DNA of 64,000 nucleotides, from positions 58,564 to 122,563 of the IMG/VR virus record IMGVR_UViG_2974623408_000001; one strand, 5' to 3'. The DNA is from a virus. Its lineage: Duplodnaviria > Caudoviricetes. The position numbers were made by a program, and so were the translations under genes. This document shows positions 26,068 through 39,130 of the stretch, piece after piece. The first letter of the stretch is position 1; each line of letters opens with the position of its first letter. The notes under the pieces are model-generated. The model searched no databases. It was given only the letters and a program-made list of their open reading frames with translations, and was not told the origin of the DNA.

Positions 26068-26596
26068 TGGTGGAGCCGAGGGGAATTGAACCCCTGTCCA
26101 AATGCTTGATCTTCATGCTTTCTACGTGCGTATCTGGTTTTAATACAACCCACCGGGTACGTGCAGGCGTGTACCTCACGGGCACATCTTAAGACCTACA
26201 TACACCAGCAAACCGGTCGGGAGGTTGTGCATTGAGTTTCACACCCCGGTCAATGCACTAACACCAAGGTAAATCCAATCTAATGCTAGCCTTAGTTAAT
26301 CCAGGATACATCGAGCGCTAGCTACCTTATATCCAGGTCCTTATCAGACTAGTGCAGCCTCGTTGGCGTAAGCCTCGATCTCTGCGATGTCTGAATCGGA
26401 AACTACAACATCAGCTTCTGCGTTTGTTGTTTAGTTGCATACGCTTTAGACCAATTGTCTGCTAGGAGTCGAACCTAACTTTTCCTGCATAAGGAACTGC
26501 TAACCATAGCTGCAGACTTGGTCACCGTGGTATCATCAACCATCACACGGGCACGCTTACAAGAGTCACTTACAGATGTCGAAACCTGTCGGCCCC
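26068..26596 (-). ncRNA. ssrA: tmRNA
   Basis: 5' GGGGCCGACAGGTTTCGAC; 3' GGGGTTCAATTCCCCTCGGCTCCACCA with G3-U70; tag ORF AEADVVVSDSDIAEIEAYANEAALV**. Confidence 0.93.
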
Positions 26597-26672
26597 TTGA
26601 GGATGAAGTTGTCAATCACGAGCGCGAGGTCCTCTAACTTCAGAGGTCCGCTACACTAAACATCAGTGTTCG

Positions 26673-26747
26673 TGGCTGGCTATGCAGGATTCGAACCTGC
26701 ACCTTACTCCTTAACAGGGAGCCGCTCTGCCGTTGAGCTAATAGCCA
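26673..26747 (-). tRNA. tRNA-Asn(GTT)
   Basis: GCTCC-CTGTTAA-GGAGT; G73 and CCA. Confidence 0.92.
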
Positions 26748-26779
26748 TTGCGTTTTTGTTTGTTCAACGTGATGAGTTA

Positions 26780-26812
26780 AACATAACGCGGTTGGTTCTG
26801 GATGTCAACCCC
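26780..26812 (-). promoter_or_regulatory. SigA-like promoter heading the tRNA island
   Basis: GGGG-TTGACA-17 nt-TATGTT. Confidence 0.7.
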
Positions 26813-26850
26813 TTCTTGAAAAGTTTTTTCTCGGTACCTGTTGTTGCAGG

Positions 26851-27114
26851 TCAGCTGGTGTGCTGGTGCCAGTCGCCAACCTCTGTGGAATCGAACGTGC
26901 GATCGTCCACGCGAATCCAATCGGTGCGACACTCGCCGTCATCGTTGCGCACGATGCAGTCACGAAGCTTGAGATTGTTCTCGAGCATCGTCTTGCCGTA
27001 CATCTTCCACTTGTCTTTTTCGATGACCTCACCCGAGTACAGGGTGTCACCACAGCCGCTCAACAAAAGCACGATTGCGGCTGCTGCTCCGATGACTGCG
27101 GCTTTCACTTTCAC
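26851..27114 (-). CDS. Small lipoprotein
   Basis: Lipobox LLLSGC after a hydrophobic signal. Confidence 0.7.
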   Translation of the reverse strand: MKVKAAVIGAAAAIVLLLSGCGDTLYSGEVIEKDKWKMYGKTMLENNLKLRDCIVRNDDGECRTDWIRVDDRTFDSTEVGDWHQHTS

Positions 27115-27730
27115 CAGCGTGATCCTTGTGTCGCCAGACTGTTGAGTCGTTCGGCGAGCTCACGTTCGCCGCAGCGAGCCAGAATGGCAGCAGCTTCGAG
27201 TATCTTGGACAATTCGTTGTCGTTGAGGTACTTCATCAGACAATTCCCTTCTTCGTCAGCTTGTAGGTTCCCCACGACCCGCCGGCGATACCCACCACGA
27301 GCATGAACAGTTCGAGCATTACTTTCCTCCCTCCTTGTGTGCTTCGATTGAGGCGATGAGGTCTTTGTACATGGGCGATTCCATGAACTCGTCCACCTGA
27401 CGGTCACGCTCTTCACAGGCCGCCTTGAACGCTTCGACGTCCACGTTCATCTCTCCGGTGTCGTCGTTGAACGTGCCAAACTTGACAACAGTTCCGTCGG
27501 GAAGTGTTGTGCCCATTTCGACTTCGTCACTCATGATGGACGCACCTTCACTGGCTTCACGGTCTGATGTCCGGACGCGTCGATCACTGGCGTGATGAGT
27601 GTCCCGAGTGGATTCTCGAGAGACACTTGGTAGTTGTCGTCGAAAGGTCGCACACACACCACGGTGTGAATGTTTCCGTAGCCGAACGGCGCGTCCACGA
27701 TGACTTGATCACCAATTTTGGGTACGTAGG

Positions 27731-28114
27731 TCATCGGTACACCGCTGCCTTGGTTCCGATGAACTCGTGACCGGCGCTGCCGTAGATGACGATGCCCATC
27801 TGTCGATACAGGTCGGGTGTTTCCTTGGCGAACCACGGGATGTTCCCGACGGTCATTCCGTTGTCCCCGTCGTCACCGATTCCTTCGTCGCAGTAGGCGA
27901 TCCAGGTGTTGGGCTTGATCTGTCGTTGCGCGACGCAGATTTCGTTTTCGAGTTCGTCGATCAGCTCGCCCGCATTGTAGATCACGTCGTTGGGGTTGTC
28001 GTAGTCAGGTTTCGGGAACTCGCGTTCCAAATACTGACGACCCGCTTCGAAGTCGATGACGTACTTGCCCGTGTCCAGGCTCTTGACCTGGGCTTCGATC
28101 AGATAGGTGATCAT
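27731..28114 (-). CDS. Hypothetical protein
   Basis: Overlapping start/stop coupling with neighbours. Confidence 0.6.
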   Translation of the reverse strand: MITYLIEAQVKSLDTGKYVIDFEAGRQYLEREFPKPDYDNPNDVIYNAGELIDELENEICVAQRQIKPNTWIAYCDEGIGDDGDNGMTVGNIPWFAKETPDLYRQMGIVIYGSAGHEFIGTKAAVYR

Positions 28115-28344
28115 TGAATCTTCCTCATCCTGTCGAGCGGGACGTCTCTGAGGTCGACGGGATAGTCGTCACCGTTCAGCAGCTCGTCGTACATGTCGTC
28201 ATCCATCCAGTACACGTCTGCGTCGGGAAAGACGGTCATCAGTGTCTCGATGTTCAGGTAATCGGGCTTGGCACTTTCCTTCAACGCGCCGTCCACGTAC
28301 CAGGCATTGAAGTAGTCGTGCCCGATGAATACTTGGTCACTCAT
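28111..28344 (-). CDS. Acidic hypothetical protein
   Basis: AAGGA RBS; coupled to the next ORF. Confidence 0.6.
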   Translation of the reverse strand: MSDQVFIGHDYFNAWYVDGALKESAKPDYLNIETLMTVFPDADVYWMDDDMYDELLNGDDYPVDLRDVPLDRMRKIQ

Positions 28345-28498
28345 GTGATGTCCTTGTCAAAAAGTCGAGTTTCTTCTGTGGGATGCCATACCGGCCGGTT
28401 TTTTCCCGGCGACGATTTGGACGCTATACAAGGCTTTCGGTTTCTCTGTCGCCCTGTCATCAATCACTATACGCGCTATTGCGCGATTGTCAACCCTC

Positions 28499-28807
28499 TC
28501 AGTTCGACTCCTCGTAATTGTCGATGGCGTCACGCATGTTGGTTCCCTCGGACACGACCCAGTCGTCCTTCACGCCGTCGTCGTCGGAATCGACGTGAAT
28601 GTGGATTCGCTGATTCTCGGGCTTCCGCGGTCCGGGCTCGTGACCGGGGTTCGCACCGCTGGTCGACACGATGGGAGGTGGGCACGGCGCGAACTGGCCA
28701 TTTCCGACGTCCATGCGACACGGATCGGCCGAGGCGACTGTGGCCCCGACGAAGGTGAAGGCGAAAACGGCGCCTGCGGCGAATACTGCGTTGGTGAGCT
28801 TTTTCAT
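28499..28807 (-). CDS. Small secreted protein
   Basis: MKKLTN...TVASA signal peptide; TTGACA promoter upstream. Confidence 0.6.
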   Translation of the reverse strand: MKKLTNAVFAAGAVFAFTFVGATVASADPCRMDVGNGQFAPCPPPIVSTSGANPGHEPGPRKPENQRIHIHVDSDDDGVKDDWVVSEGTNMRDAIDNYEESN

Positions 28808-29414
28808 GTTGTTTCTTTCTGTCGAGTGTTTCACGGTGTTGTGCGGTTGCGGTTTGCGTGTTGCACAGTCATTAATATACACGTTGCTACAGCGTTGTCA
28901 ACCCCTTGACTTGTCTCGGTGGGATCAAGCGATGACGCCCACCCGGGATGCCGTACACGAACTTCTTTCTGTGCGTCACCATCTCAGGCAGTATTCGACC
29001 GCTATGGCGCATGATGCACACGTAGAAGCCGTCGACGAATTCCACTTGAGTGCGAATGTCACGCTCAGTCGACTTTCGGTGTTTTCCCTTGTAGCAGCGT
29101 TTTTTCACCGTCTCAGCCTTTCCAGCAGTCGTGTGCTCATGGTGTTTTTGCGCGGATCGTTGATGGACGCGTCTGTGAAGTCCTCAGCGCGCAACTGACG
29201 GCCTAGACGCTTTTCCAGATGTTCGATGCACAGCATTCCATCGGTCGAGTGCATGGCGTACAGCCAGAGCTCGGTTTTCACGAAGTAGAACTCGTGCATC
29301 TTACCCGTGTCTACACCGCAATCTGCGCAGAGGAAGCGCTTGCGTCGACGGGTCGATTTGCTTGACATGCAGATGATCATAACGCAACGTGCGCGACTGT
29401 CAACCAACAAAAAC

Positions 29415-29437
29415 ACCGCTACCCGAAGGTAGCGGTG
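29415..29437. terminator. Intrinsic terminator (possibly bidirectional)
   Basis: AAAAA-CACCGCTACC-CGAA-GGTAGCGGTG-CTTT. Confidence 0.8.
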
Positions 29438-29464
29438 CTTTGATCCGTTCTGACGGCGATTAGA

Positions 29465-30145
29465 TCAGAACGGAGGTGGGGGAGGAGTGTCCGACGAGTC
29501 AGACGATGCTGCTGCAGTCGCCTGTACGACAGGTTCATCCTTGATCGCAGGTGTCTCAGCCTGTGTCACACGCTCTGGCTCCGGTGTCGATGACACAGCC
29601 GCGCTCTTCACTTCGGCGTTACCCGAAGCAGTGGGACCAGGCGCTGGCTGCGCTCCTGGTGTGACACCACCCGAGGCACGCGGTGTGCTTGCAGACGATG
29701 CAGTCACCGGAGTAGGTGGAACCGGGCTAGCTACGCTTCCACGAGATGTGCGAGCGAAAGCCGCGATCTCGTTTCGGTCGTTTCCCTGATACTGCTTGAC
29801 CTTGATCGAACCGCGGAATTCCTTGCCTTCCATCGCCTGTGCCACGTTGTGGTCAGACGGGTTGGTTGCGAAGAACGAGCGATCGATCCCGATAGCTGCC
29901 ATCTGACGGAAGAAAATGTTCAGCGCCTGAGGGTTTTCAGGCGATACGACCATGTTCGACCATACGCGACGACCCTTGTGAGGTCCTTCGACAACCTCGC
30001 ACGTAATGGCGAACATTGTCTTGCCGCTGGATGCTTGCTTCGGCTCTGACTTGATGATTTTCAAGTCGTAATCTGCTTGCGGAAGCGCCTTGAAGTCTGT
30101 ATCTCCAGCGTCTTCGACAAGATCTGCCCATGATTTCATCGGCAT
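29465..30145 (-). CDS. ssDNA-binding protein (DUF669-like OB fold)
   Basis: ALPQADY..GKTMF..GPHKGRRVW; disordered tail ending PPPPF. Confidence 0.75.
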   Translation of the reverse strand: MPMKSWADLVEDAGDTDFKALPQADYDLKIIKSEPKQASSGKTMFAITCEVVEGPHKGRRVWSNMVVSPENPQALNIFFRQMAAIGIDRSFFATNPSDHNVAQAMEGKEFRGSIKVKQYQGNDRNEIAAFARTSRGSVASPVPPTPVTASSASTPRASGGVTPGAQPAPGPTASGNAEVKSAAVSSTPEPERVTQAETPAIKDEPVVQATAAASSDSSDTPPPPPF

Positions 30146-30226
30146 AATTTATTACCTCTCATATTTTTGTTATTTTCCTAATGGAACCTCAGCGGAGTTA
30201 GTAGCTGAGGAAGCTATATTTCGATA

Positions 30227-30937
30227 TTACACTCTTGGGCCGTAAATGGCTTCAAGAATACCTTCTACGGTCGGGTTATCGATATACCCTGGTAGGCGTC
30301 CACCGACGCGTTCACCTGTTTCGTAGATCGAGTTCTTGCCGATCAGCATACGGTGAACCTCGTGAACACCCGAATCGTCGGTCCACGAATCGACATGCAT
30401 AGCACCCATGATGTCGAACAGGTACGGCAACATCGTCGCGGACTGACCTTGTGCGAATGGCTTGAGAACGCCGTTTACGTCCTTCGACATCGCAACCAGG
30501 ATAACCGATTCCAGTGGTCTGGTCGGGTGCATGGTCAGGTCGCGAAAGTCACGCATGAGACCCATGAACTGACGCAAAACGTCGCCCCAGTCCTGTGTTC
30601 GCATCTGTTCGCGGTTCGAAATGTGATCCACAAGCCGCTGCTGCAACTCTGAGATCGAATCGATCACAACCGATACGAACGGGTGTGAACCTGCCTGCAA
30701 CCACGCGTACGCCTTCTTGACGTCCTCGTACGTGCGAATAGGTACAACAGCAGTATCCCATGTACCGTCATCAGCAGGCGGCGCTTCAGAAGGGTTCCAA
30801 ATCTTCTTCTTGATGTCGAGGAACTTTGTACCGCCCTCAATATCAAGGTAGAGCAACGGTTTCGGCGAGGTAGCAGCAAATGTGCTTTTACCGGCTTTCG
30901 CACCACCGTGGAGCAAAATGGAAATGGATCTATCCAT
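30227..30937 (-). CDS. AAA_24/Sak4-like recombinase ATPase
   Basis: HGGAKAGKST, LDIEGG, VVIDSISE, QDWG. Confidence 0.85.
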   Translation of the reverse strand: MDRSISILLHGGAKAGKSTFAATSPKPLLYLDIEGGTKFLDIKKKIWNPSEAPPADDGTWDTAVVPIRTYEDVKKAYAWLQAGSHPFVSVVIDSISELQQRLVDHISNREQMRTQDWGDVLRQFMGLMRDFRDLTMHPTRPLESVILVAMSKDVNGVLKPFAQGQSATMLPYLFDIMGAMHVDSWTDDSGVHEVHRMLIGKNSIYETGERVGGRLPGYIDNPTVEGILEAIYGPRV

Positions 30938-31446
30938 GTCTATTTGTCCTCTTTTCGTTATGGATTAATCGTATCACGCTTTAACAGCTTTAGCGCCACA
31001 TAATTGGCAATGCGTTCCTGTTGCGGAAACTGGTGATCCCACATTTGCCAGACATCCACTAAGTCGTACAGATCGCCTTGATCTGTCCACAAAGTGACGC
31101 CTAGGCAGCTTCCGATGTCGAGCAAGTATCGGTGTAGCGGACATGTGCTGTCGCCATACTGGGCGTACACATACTCTTCAGTTCGATTGACGCGAATGTC
31201 ACCAGATGGTCCAAGATACGTGTATCCAGCCCCGTACCACGTTCCGTGTAGCCGACGAAACTTAATCGGCCGCTGGCTTGACAAGTTTCCACTTCATCGG
31301 AAAAAGATCTTCCATTCGTGACCAACTGTTGTCGTCCACGGTGACCCATATCTTGCCGCACTGATCACACCGCCAGGGTCGATGACGATACCGCCAAAGA
31401 AAGTGTGTTGGCCGGTACGGGCAAGGGTTGTGTTCGCAGCACACTA

Positions 31447-32466
31447 TTACCATGTGACTGGTTCCTCAACGTGTTCAAGTAGTTCGGCAGCCTTGTCCTC
31501 GTAACGCTCGTGAGGATCACTCTGCACGTAAAGATCGGCGATCATGTCTTCGACGCGTGAACCGTCGTCCATCATCTGGTTGACGTCCGTGAAGATGGAC
31601 CAGCGATTGCTAGCGTTGCCGTTTGGGTAGGCGACCACACGATGATCGACTCCGCGATCGAGCGCGTCTACGACCCGCATATAGTCCGCTAGCGTTCCCC
31701 ACAACTGATTGTAGAAGTTGCGCAAACGAATCTCGTTGTGGTGAACATCGACGTGCGTGTAGAACGGCGGTTTTGCGTTCGTAGTACGCTTTGTCTTGCG
31801 CAGCAACACGAATCGCGCACCCTGCAACGCGAAGTCAGGGTCGCTCTGGCCGTTGAGACGTTCCAAAGTCATGTACGTCAGCAGCTGTTCGCTGCGCGGT
31901 GCCATGCGTGTCATGAACGGAATGGATGATGTTGTCTTCCAGTCCACGACAAGGTTTTGACCCGTAAAAGTATCTCGAGCGCGAAGATCAATCTTGCCAC
32001 GAAGTTCAATCGGCGTGCCGTTAATTTCGAATGTGTGAGACAGTTTCTCTTCAGCACCGAGTACTTTTAGGTTAGAGTCTGCGGCGGTCTCTTCGAGCCA
32101 TTCCACATACCCTGTCAGCATGATGCGTCCCAACTCAGCCTCATCACGCCAAGCCTTCTCATCGAACACAACACCAGAGGCACGAATATCTTCGAGCTCT
32201 TGTTCTGCGATGGACAGATACGCCTCTACCAAGTCCTGAGATGCGCCGTAATAAGCCTCTAGAGCAGAGTGGACACGAGTACCCAGACGTAGTGGTCCGT
32301 ACACGGGCTGGTTCTTGGGACGCAAGCCAAGAAAACTCCCGAGATACCACTCGCGACGGTCAGCTTTGAACAAGCTGAGATCAGACTGAGACACTCTGAT
32401 ATGTCCGTCTTTGGTACGCGGTATACGCGATTCTAGACTACCGAAATGCAGAGCTTTTTCTGTCAT
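31447..32466 (-). CDS. Cas4/RecB-like PD-(D/E)xK exonuclease
   Basis: LGTRVHSALE, GKIDL, VVDWKT, QLLTY. Confidence 0.87.
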   Translation of the reverse strand: MTEKALHFGSLESRIPRTKDGHIRVSQSDLSLFKADRREWYLGSFLGLRPKNQPVYGPLRLGTRVHSALEAYYGASQDLVEAYLSIAEQELEDIRASGVVFDEKAWRDEAELGRIMLTGYVEWLEETAADSNLKVLGAEEKLSHTFEINGTPIELRGKIDLRARDTFTGQNLVVDWKTTSSIPFMTRMAPRSEQLLTYMTLERLNGQSDPDFALQGARFVLLRKTKRTTNAKPPFYTHVDVHHNEIRLRNFYNQLWGTLADYMRVVDALDRGVDHRVVAYPNGNASNRWSIFTDVNQMMDDGSRVEDMIADLYVQSDPHERYEDKAAELLEHVEEPVTW

Positions 32467-32984
32467 AGTTCCTCACAAAACTTACAGCCTGGCTTCACAA
32501 TACCACGACCCACATGCCATTTCTTGTGGGTTGTCTGCGCCAGCGCAGCTCGAGTATTCGGATGTGCAGGCTTGCCGCGTTTGTGGTCACCTGTCGATTT
32601 GGCGACACGTTTACGGTACTGTCTGCCTTCTTCAGTCTCATGAAATCGCTTGAGTCCTTCGATGTGCGCTCGTTTCACATCTTCACGATTTCGTCTCTCG
32701 CTGTACACGTGTGCGTTCGCTGGGTTATGTTCCATGTTCAACAGCGGTCCGTGTTTGAGAGCCTCAGCAATGTACGCTTTTTCAGCTGAGTAAAGAAGTT
32801 CGTCGTGTACCTCGACGAAAATCTTCATTTCAGGCATTCCATGTTTCTGGATATGCTGGCACAGCAAAGAACTACGCGTCTTTGCAGCGTGTTTGTGACG
32901 AGCGTAGCGGGCACCAGGATCAGCGCATGATCCAACATAGATCAAACTATCCTGATGGTACAAACCGTAAACTACGCCCACCAC
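32463..32984 (-). CDS. GIY-YIG homing endonuclease-like protein
   Basis: GVVYGL..IYVGS..R..H..EK.YI..LLN. Confidence 0.7.
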   Translation of the reverse strand: MVGVVYGLYHQDSLIYVGSCADPGARYARHKHAAKTRSSLLCQHIQKHGMPEMKIFVEVHDELLYSAEKAYIAEALKHGPLLNMEHNPANAHVYSERRNREDVKRAHIEGLKRFHETEEGRQYRKRVAKSTGDHKRGKPAHPNTRAALAQTTHKKWHVGRGIVKPGCKFCEEL

Positions 32985-33210
32985 GATGAATCAGTCCTCT
33001 TCGCTGTTTGGTCCCTGACGGATGAACTCAACGTCGTGTAGGTCGACGCTCAGTGTCTCTCGCCCATCGAACACCTGCAGGTTGTCGTTCTCGTCCAGGC
33101 GCACGAATGCACCGAAGATCGAACGCCCGCCGTATGTTACGACTTCCAGCTGTCGTCTACGAACGACACCCTGTGGCAATCCACGCATGATTTCTCCTTG
33201 TTTCTTCTTT

Positions 33211-35130
33211 TCATTCACCCGCAATGAACTTCTTAAGGAGTTCACGATCCTTTAGAATTGCTTCAATGCGGCCGTCTTTTTCTTCGAGGGCGAGTAGCTG
33301 GGCTTCCTCGATTGTCCCTTCGGACACGTAGTCGATAATCGTCACCTTGTCCGATTCCTGACCGATACGGTGCGATCGGGAAAGCGACTGTTTCATCGCT
33401 GTGGACGAATAACTACGTTGTAAGAACACATTAACATCGGCAGCGGTCAATGTCAGGCCGACACCACCTGCCTGGATGGTCACCAGAATGTACTTGAACT
33501 TCTTGTTCTGGAAGTCGTCAATGTTCTGCTGGCGTTCATCTGTGCTTTGTCCGCCGACGATCAAACCGTGGTCGATCTTCTTCTTGGTCATCTCGGTGGA
33601 CAACAGATCGATTAGCTGTTTCGACTGTGCAAAAACGACCACACTAGATTCACCAAAGTCTCCGTTTTGGACGTCTTCCAGAAATGCCGTGATCTTGTTC
33701 GATGGCATGCACAATGCGAATCGTGGGTCCATCGCTTCTTCGTCGAAGTCGTCGCCGATGGCTTCGACCTCTTCCCACGACAGCTCGTCAACCTTTTTAG
33801 GGTCGTACGGGATTTTCTTGCCATCCGGGTCAATGAACTCAGCATATGAACTAGCAAACTGCAGTAGTCGTGTCGCCTTTGACAGTGGTGACGCAGCGGC
33901 AATCGTACCGGTGCTACTATCATCCAGCTCGGCTAGAGCTTCTTTCACCATCTGCTTGTACGCTTTGCGTTGCGGAGGTGACAGTGGGATGAATCGTTGC
34001 TCACGAATGATTGGTGGCAAGAACGGTAGAACGATCTTTTTGAGCATACGACGTGCCAAAGGCTTCGTGACAGCTTGGAATTCCTCCTCGCGATCCGATC
34101 GTACACCATTGATCTGCATTATGCCCCACGAGTTATATCCCATGTCCGCGTAGCGATCGATAAACCGTACTTTGGACGGGAACTCGTTCGGGCGAAGATA
34201 GCGAAGAATGAACCAGTAGTCGTCCATGTTATCTTGAATTGGTGTTCCCGTGAGCGCATATCGATAACTCGCATTCTTCGAAACTTCCCAAATGGCGCGT
34301 GTTTGTTTCGAAGGTGCAAGGATACGATGGGCTTCGTCAACGACGACGGTGTTCCAATCGATCTGATTGAACTCCCTCTCATGAATTTCACACTTTTCAT
34401 GTGTCACTCTTTCGTCAAGTCCACCGCAGGGTACGCATCTCTGCAACGCCTGGTTGCCGTAGGACGCCAAACGCGAATGCTTGTGCATCTGTTCGTAGTT
34501 CGCGATATAGACGTGTGCTTTTGATTCCAGAGCCTTACGGCGCTGGACTGGTGATCCTTCGAGAACCTTGATGATCAGTCCGGGCCACCATTTCGCCCAC
34601 TCACGCGCCCATGTCGTCTTGACCGAGTTGGGTGCGACGATCAGGGCCGGGAAGATGTCCGTACGTCCACCTCGGTGAAGTGTGCGCAGTGCTGTAATCG
34701 CCTGGGCGGATTTACCTGTACCCGTTTCGTCGAAGATGCCACAGCTACCTGAGATAGCCATGTACGCCGCGCCTGTCGGCTGGTGATCGAACAGTTTCAG
34801 TTCATCCTTGATCGTTTGCGCGATCGGCACGTACGGGTGAACGTCGTCAAGATCATCGAGTGTGAGACTCTCACGAATCTTGGAAGCAGGTTGCAGCACG
34901 GTGTTGAAATACTCGTGCGACCATCGTGTCAGCTTGTCGTCGAGTTCAAGTCTGTCACCAAACTCGGCGCGCATCTGCAGACACGACGACCATGCGCGAG
35001 GAAGAATCCAGACCTTGTCTTTGGCTGACCATTTACGAGCAAGAATACGCTGTACAGCATCCTTGTCCGTGAACTCAGTTTTGAGCAAAATCTTATCTGG
35101 GTAAGCGTCATCTAAATACGCAAGAGGCAT
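33211..35130 (-). CDS. SNF2-family DNA helicase
   Basis: DETGTGKS, DEAH, LTGTP, GGVGLTL, SRSHRIGQ. Confidence 0.92.
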   Translation of the reverse strand: MPLAYLDDAYPDKILLKTEFTDKDAVQRILARKWSAKDKVWILPRAWSSCLQMRAEFGDRLELDDKLTRWSHEYFNTVLQPASKIRESLTLDDLDDVHPYVPIAQTIKDELKLFDHQPTGAAYMAISGSCGIFDETGTGKSAQAITALRTLHRGGRTDIFPALIVAPNSVKTTWAREWAKWWPGLIIKVLEGSPVQRRKALESKAHVYIANYEQMHKHSRLASYGNQALQRCVPCGGLDERVTHEKCEIHEREFNQIDWNTVVVDEAHRILAPSKQTRAIWEVSKNASYRYALTGTPIQDNMDDYWFILRYLRPNEFPSKVRFIDRYADMGYNSWGIMQINGVRSDREEEFQAVTKPLARRMLKKIVLPFLPPIIREQRFIPLSPPQRKAYKQMVKEALAELDDSSTGTIAAASPLSKATRLLQFASSYAEFIDPDGKKIPYDPKKVDELSWEEVEAIGDDFDEEAMDPRFALCMPSNKITAFLEDVQNGDFGESSVVVFAQSKQLIDLLSTEMTKKKIDHGLIVGGQSTDERQQNIDDFQNKKFKYILVTIQAGGVGLTLTAADVNVFLQRSYSSTAMKQSLSRSHRIGQESDKVTIIDYVSEGTIEEAQLLALEEKDGRIEAILKDRELLKKFIAGE

Positions 35131-35158
35131 TAGTCACCTTTTCTTAACGTCAGATGTT

Positions 35159-37339
<2,181 letters not shown>

Positions 37340-37343
<4 letters not shown>

Positions 37344-39130
37344 TGTTTAGCCCATCGCTCCATTGGATGTCCGCATTCTGCGGGCAGCGGCACCGAGAAA
37401 TCTGTATTCGTCATGCATTCACTGATTGTCTCGCGGATTTCAGTGACGTCACATTCCTTCGGTATAGAGAACAGTACCTCATCGTGCACGGGGACGCACA
37501 TTAGACTGGAAAGACCGCTCATATCGAGATTGACAAGCGATTCCTTCAAAACTTCAGCACATGCGCCCTGTACGAGATAGTTGCCTGCACGGTAGGTGCT
37601 ACCTGGATCGATGTATAGACGTCTACCAGTGTGAGTTGTTACGTACGGACGTTCACCGCTCCGAGCCATTGTTTCCATGGTTGAGATCAATTCTCGGTTG
37701 AATCTGTTGAGTCCCGGGTATCGTTCATCGAACGCTTTAGAGATTTCGCGCATACGCGCTTCTGGTATCCCAGCAGACTGTGCTTGTTTCGCAATACCCG
37801 CACCGTAATTGCGTGCGTAAATCAGTGTCTTCACTGTATCGCGACGTGGATCCTTTTTCACCATGTCGGGATCATCAAAAATTTCTTGGCCGATCTGAGT
37901 AAAGACGTCAGGTCCGATAGAATCAGCTTGATTGAACGCGGCTTTTAAGCCAGGATCACCGCAGAGTGCGGCAATGTACCTGAACTCGATCTGATCGCTA
38001 TCCGCAGACAGCAACATTTCGTTATCACCGTGTGGTATGAAGCAACCACGAACTGTAGTTTCTGTACGAGACAACGTCTGTAACGCTGGCTGCGTAATTG
38101 ACATACGCCCAGTTCTTGCAGCAATAGTGTTGATGTTCGGATGCACGATGTCGCCAGAGTTTTCACTGTATCGAATGAAGTTATCCAAGTATGTGCCCAC
38201 GATTTTGTCAGCTTTTCTGGCCTTCAAAGTGATGTCGGCGATTTCGTGACCTTGTTTAGCGTACGCTAAAAGGTTTTCCTCGTCCATTTTGGGAAAACCT
38301 GAACCGGTCCATTCAAGAATTGGAATACTGTTGTCTTTAAACCACTGGCCAAGCTGACGGCTCGACGACAGCTTTATGCCGTATTTCTTGAGACCCCATT
38401 CCATTGTTTTTTCAACATACTCAGCAAGTTGGTCGCGCTTTTGTTTGCAATACTCTGGATCAATGCGCATTCCTTTGAGTTCCATGTTGGTACAAATGCG
38501 ACGAGCTTGCATTTCCAGATCGTACGCTGATTTAAACTGCCCACTAATCACGTGACTCATACGTCTGTACAGTCGCGCGGTGAGAATCACGTCAACGCCG
38601 GAGTATACGCGATACGCCGGTGCATCCATGGGAACGGTTTCCCAGTCCGTGCCTGTGTTTTCAAACGTTGCATCCAGCATACGAGAGCCAGCCGTTGCAG
38701 CACTTCCAAATATCTTTTCAGACACTGGCTTAAGTCCCGCTGGAGCTTCATTGTCGTGTAGTCTGTGCGCAATCATCGTGTCGTGCGTGTGACTCCACGG
38801 CAGTTGAATACCGGGCATCTGCACAGCCAACCACTTGTAGTCGAACGCACAGTTATGGAGAGCTATCTCACCTGTATACGTCTCAAGCACTTCTCGCACA
38901 AGACCGGGCCAACGTTCGGCGTCAATAACCCATCCGCCGTTCACGTCTCCGAACTGAGCAAGACGAATCCTAGAATTTGCAGCGTACGGATCAATACCGG
39001 TAGTCTCAGTGTCGAACGCCAACACATCCCGTTTTTCACCGAGCCAGCGCATGAATTCTTGTGCATCTTCAAACGTGTCTACAGTTCCAATAGTGGTCTT
39101 ATTTAGAGGCAGTTCTTCCGGCCACGGCAC
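37340..39130 (-). CDS. Family A DNA polymerase with 3'-5' exonuclease
   Basis: DTETTG, HNCAFD, TGRMS, DSDQIEFR, KTLIY (Tyr at the E. coli 762 position), VHDE. Confidence 0.95.

Noticed and set aside
17251-27145. + strand ORFs across the tRNA island (e.g. 17478..18071, 23988..24572)
   Set aside because: They are translations of the reverse complement of tRNA genes.
31447-32466. Cas4-like nuclease as evidence of CRISPR-Cas
   Set aside because: No array or other cas genes; the SSB/recombinase/helicase context indicates a recombination exonuclease.
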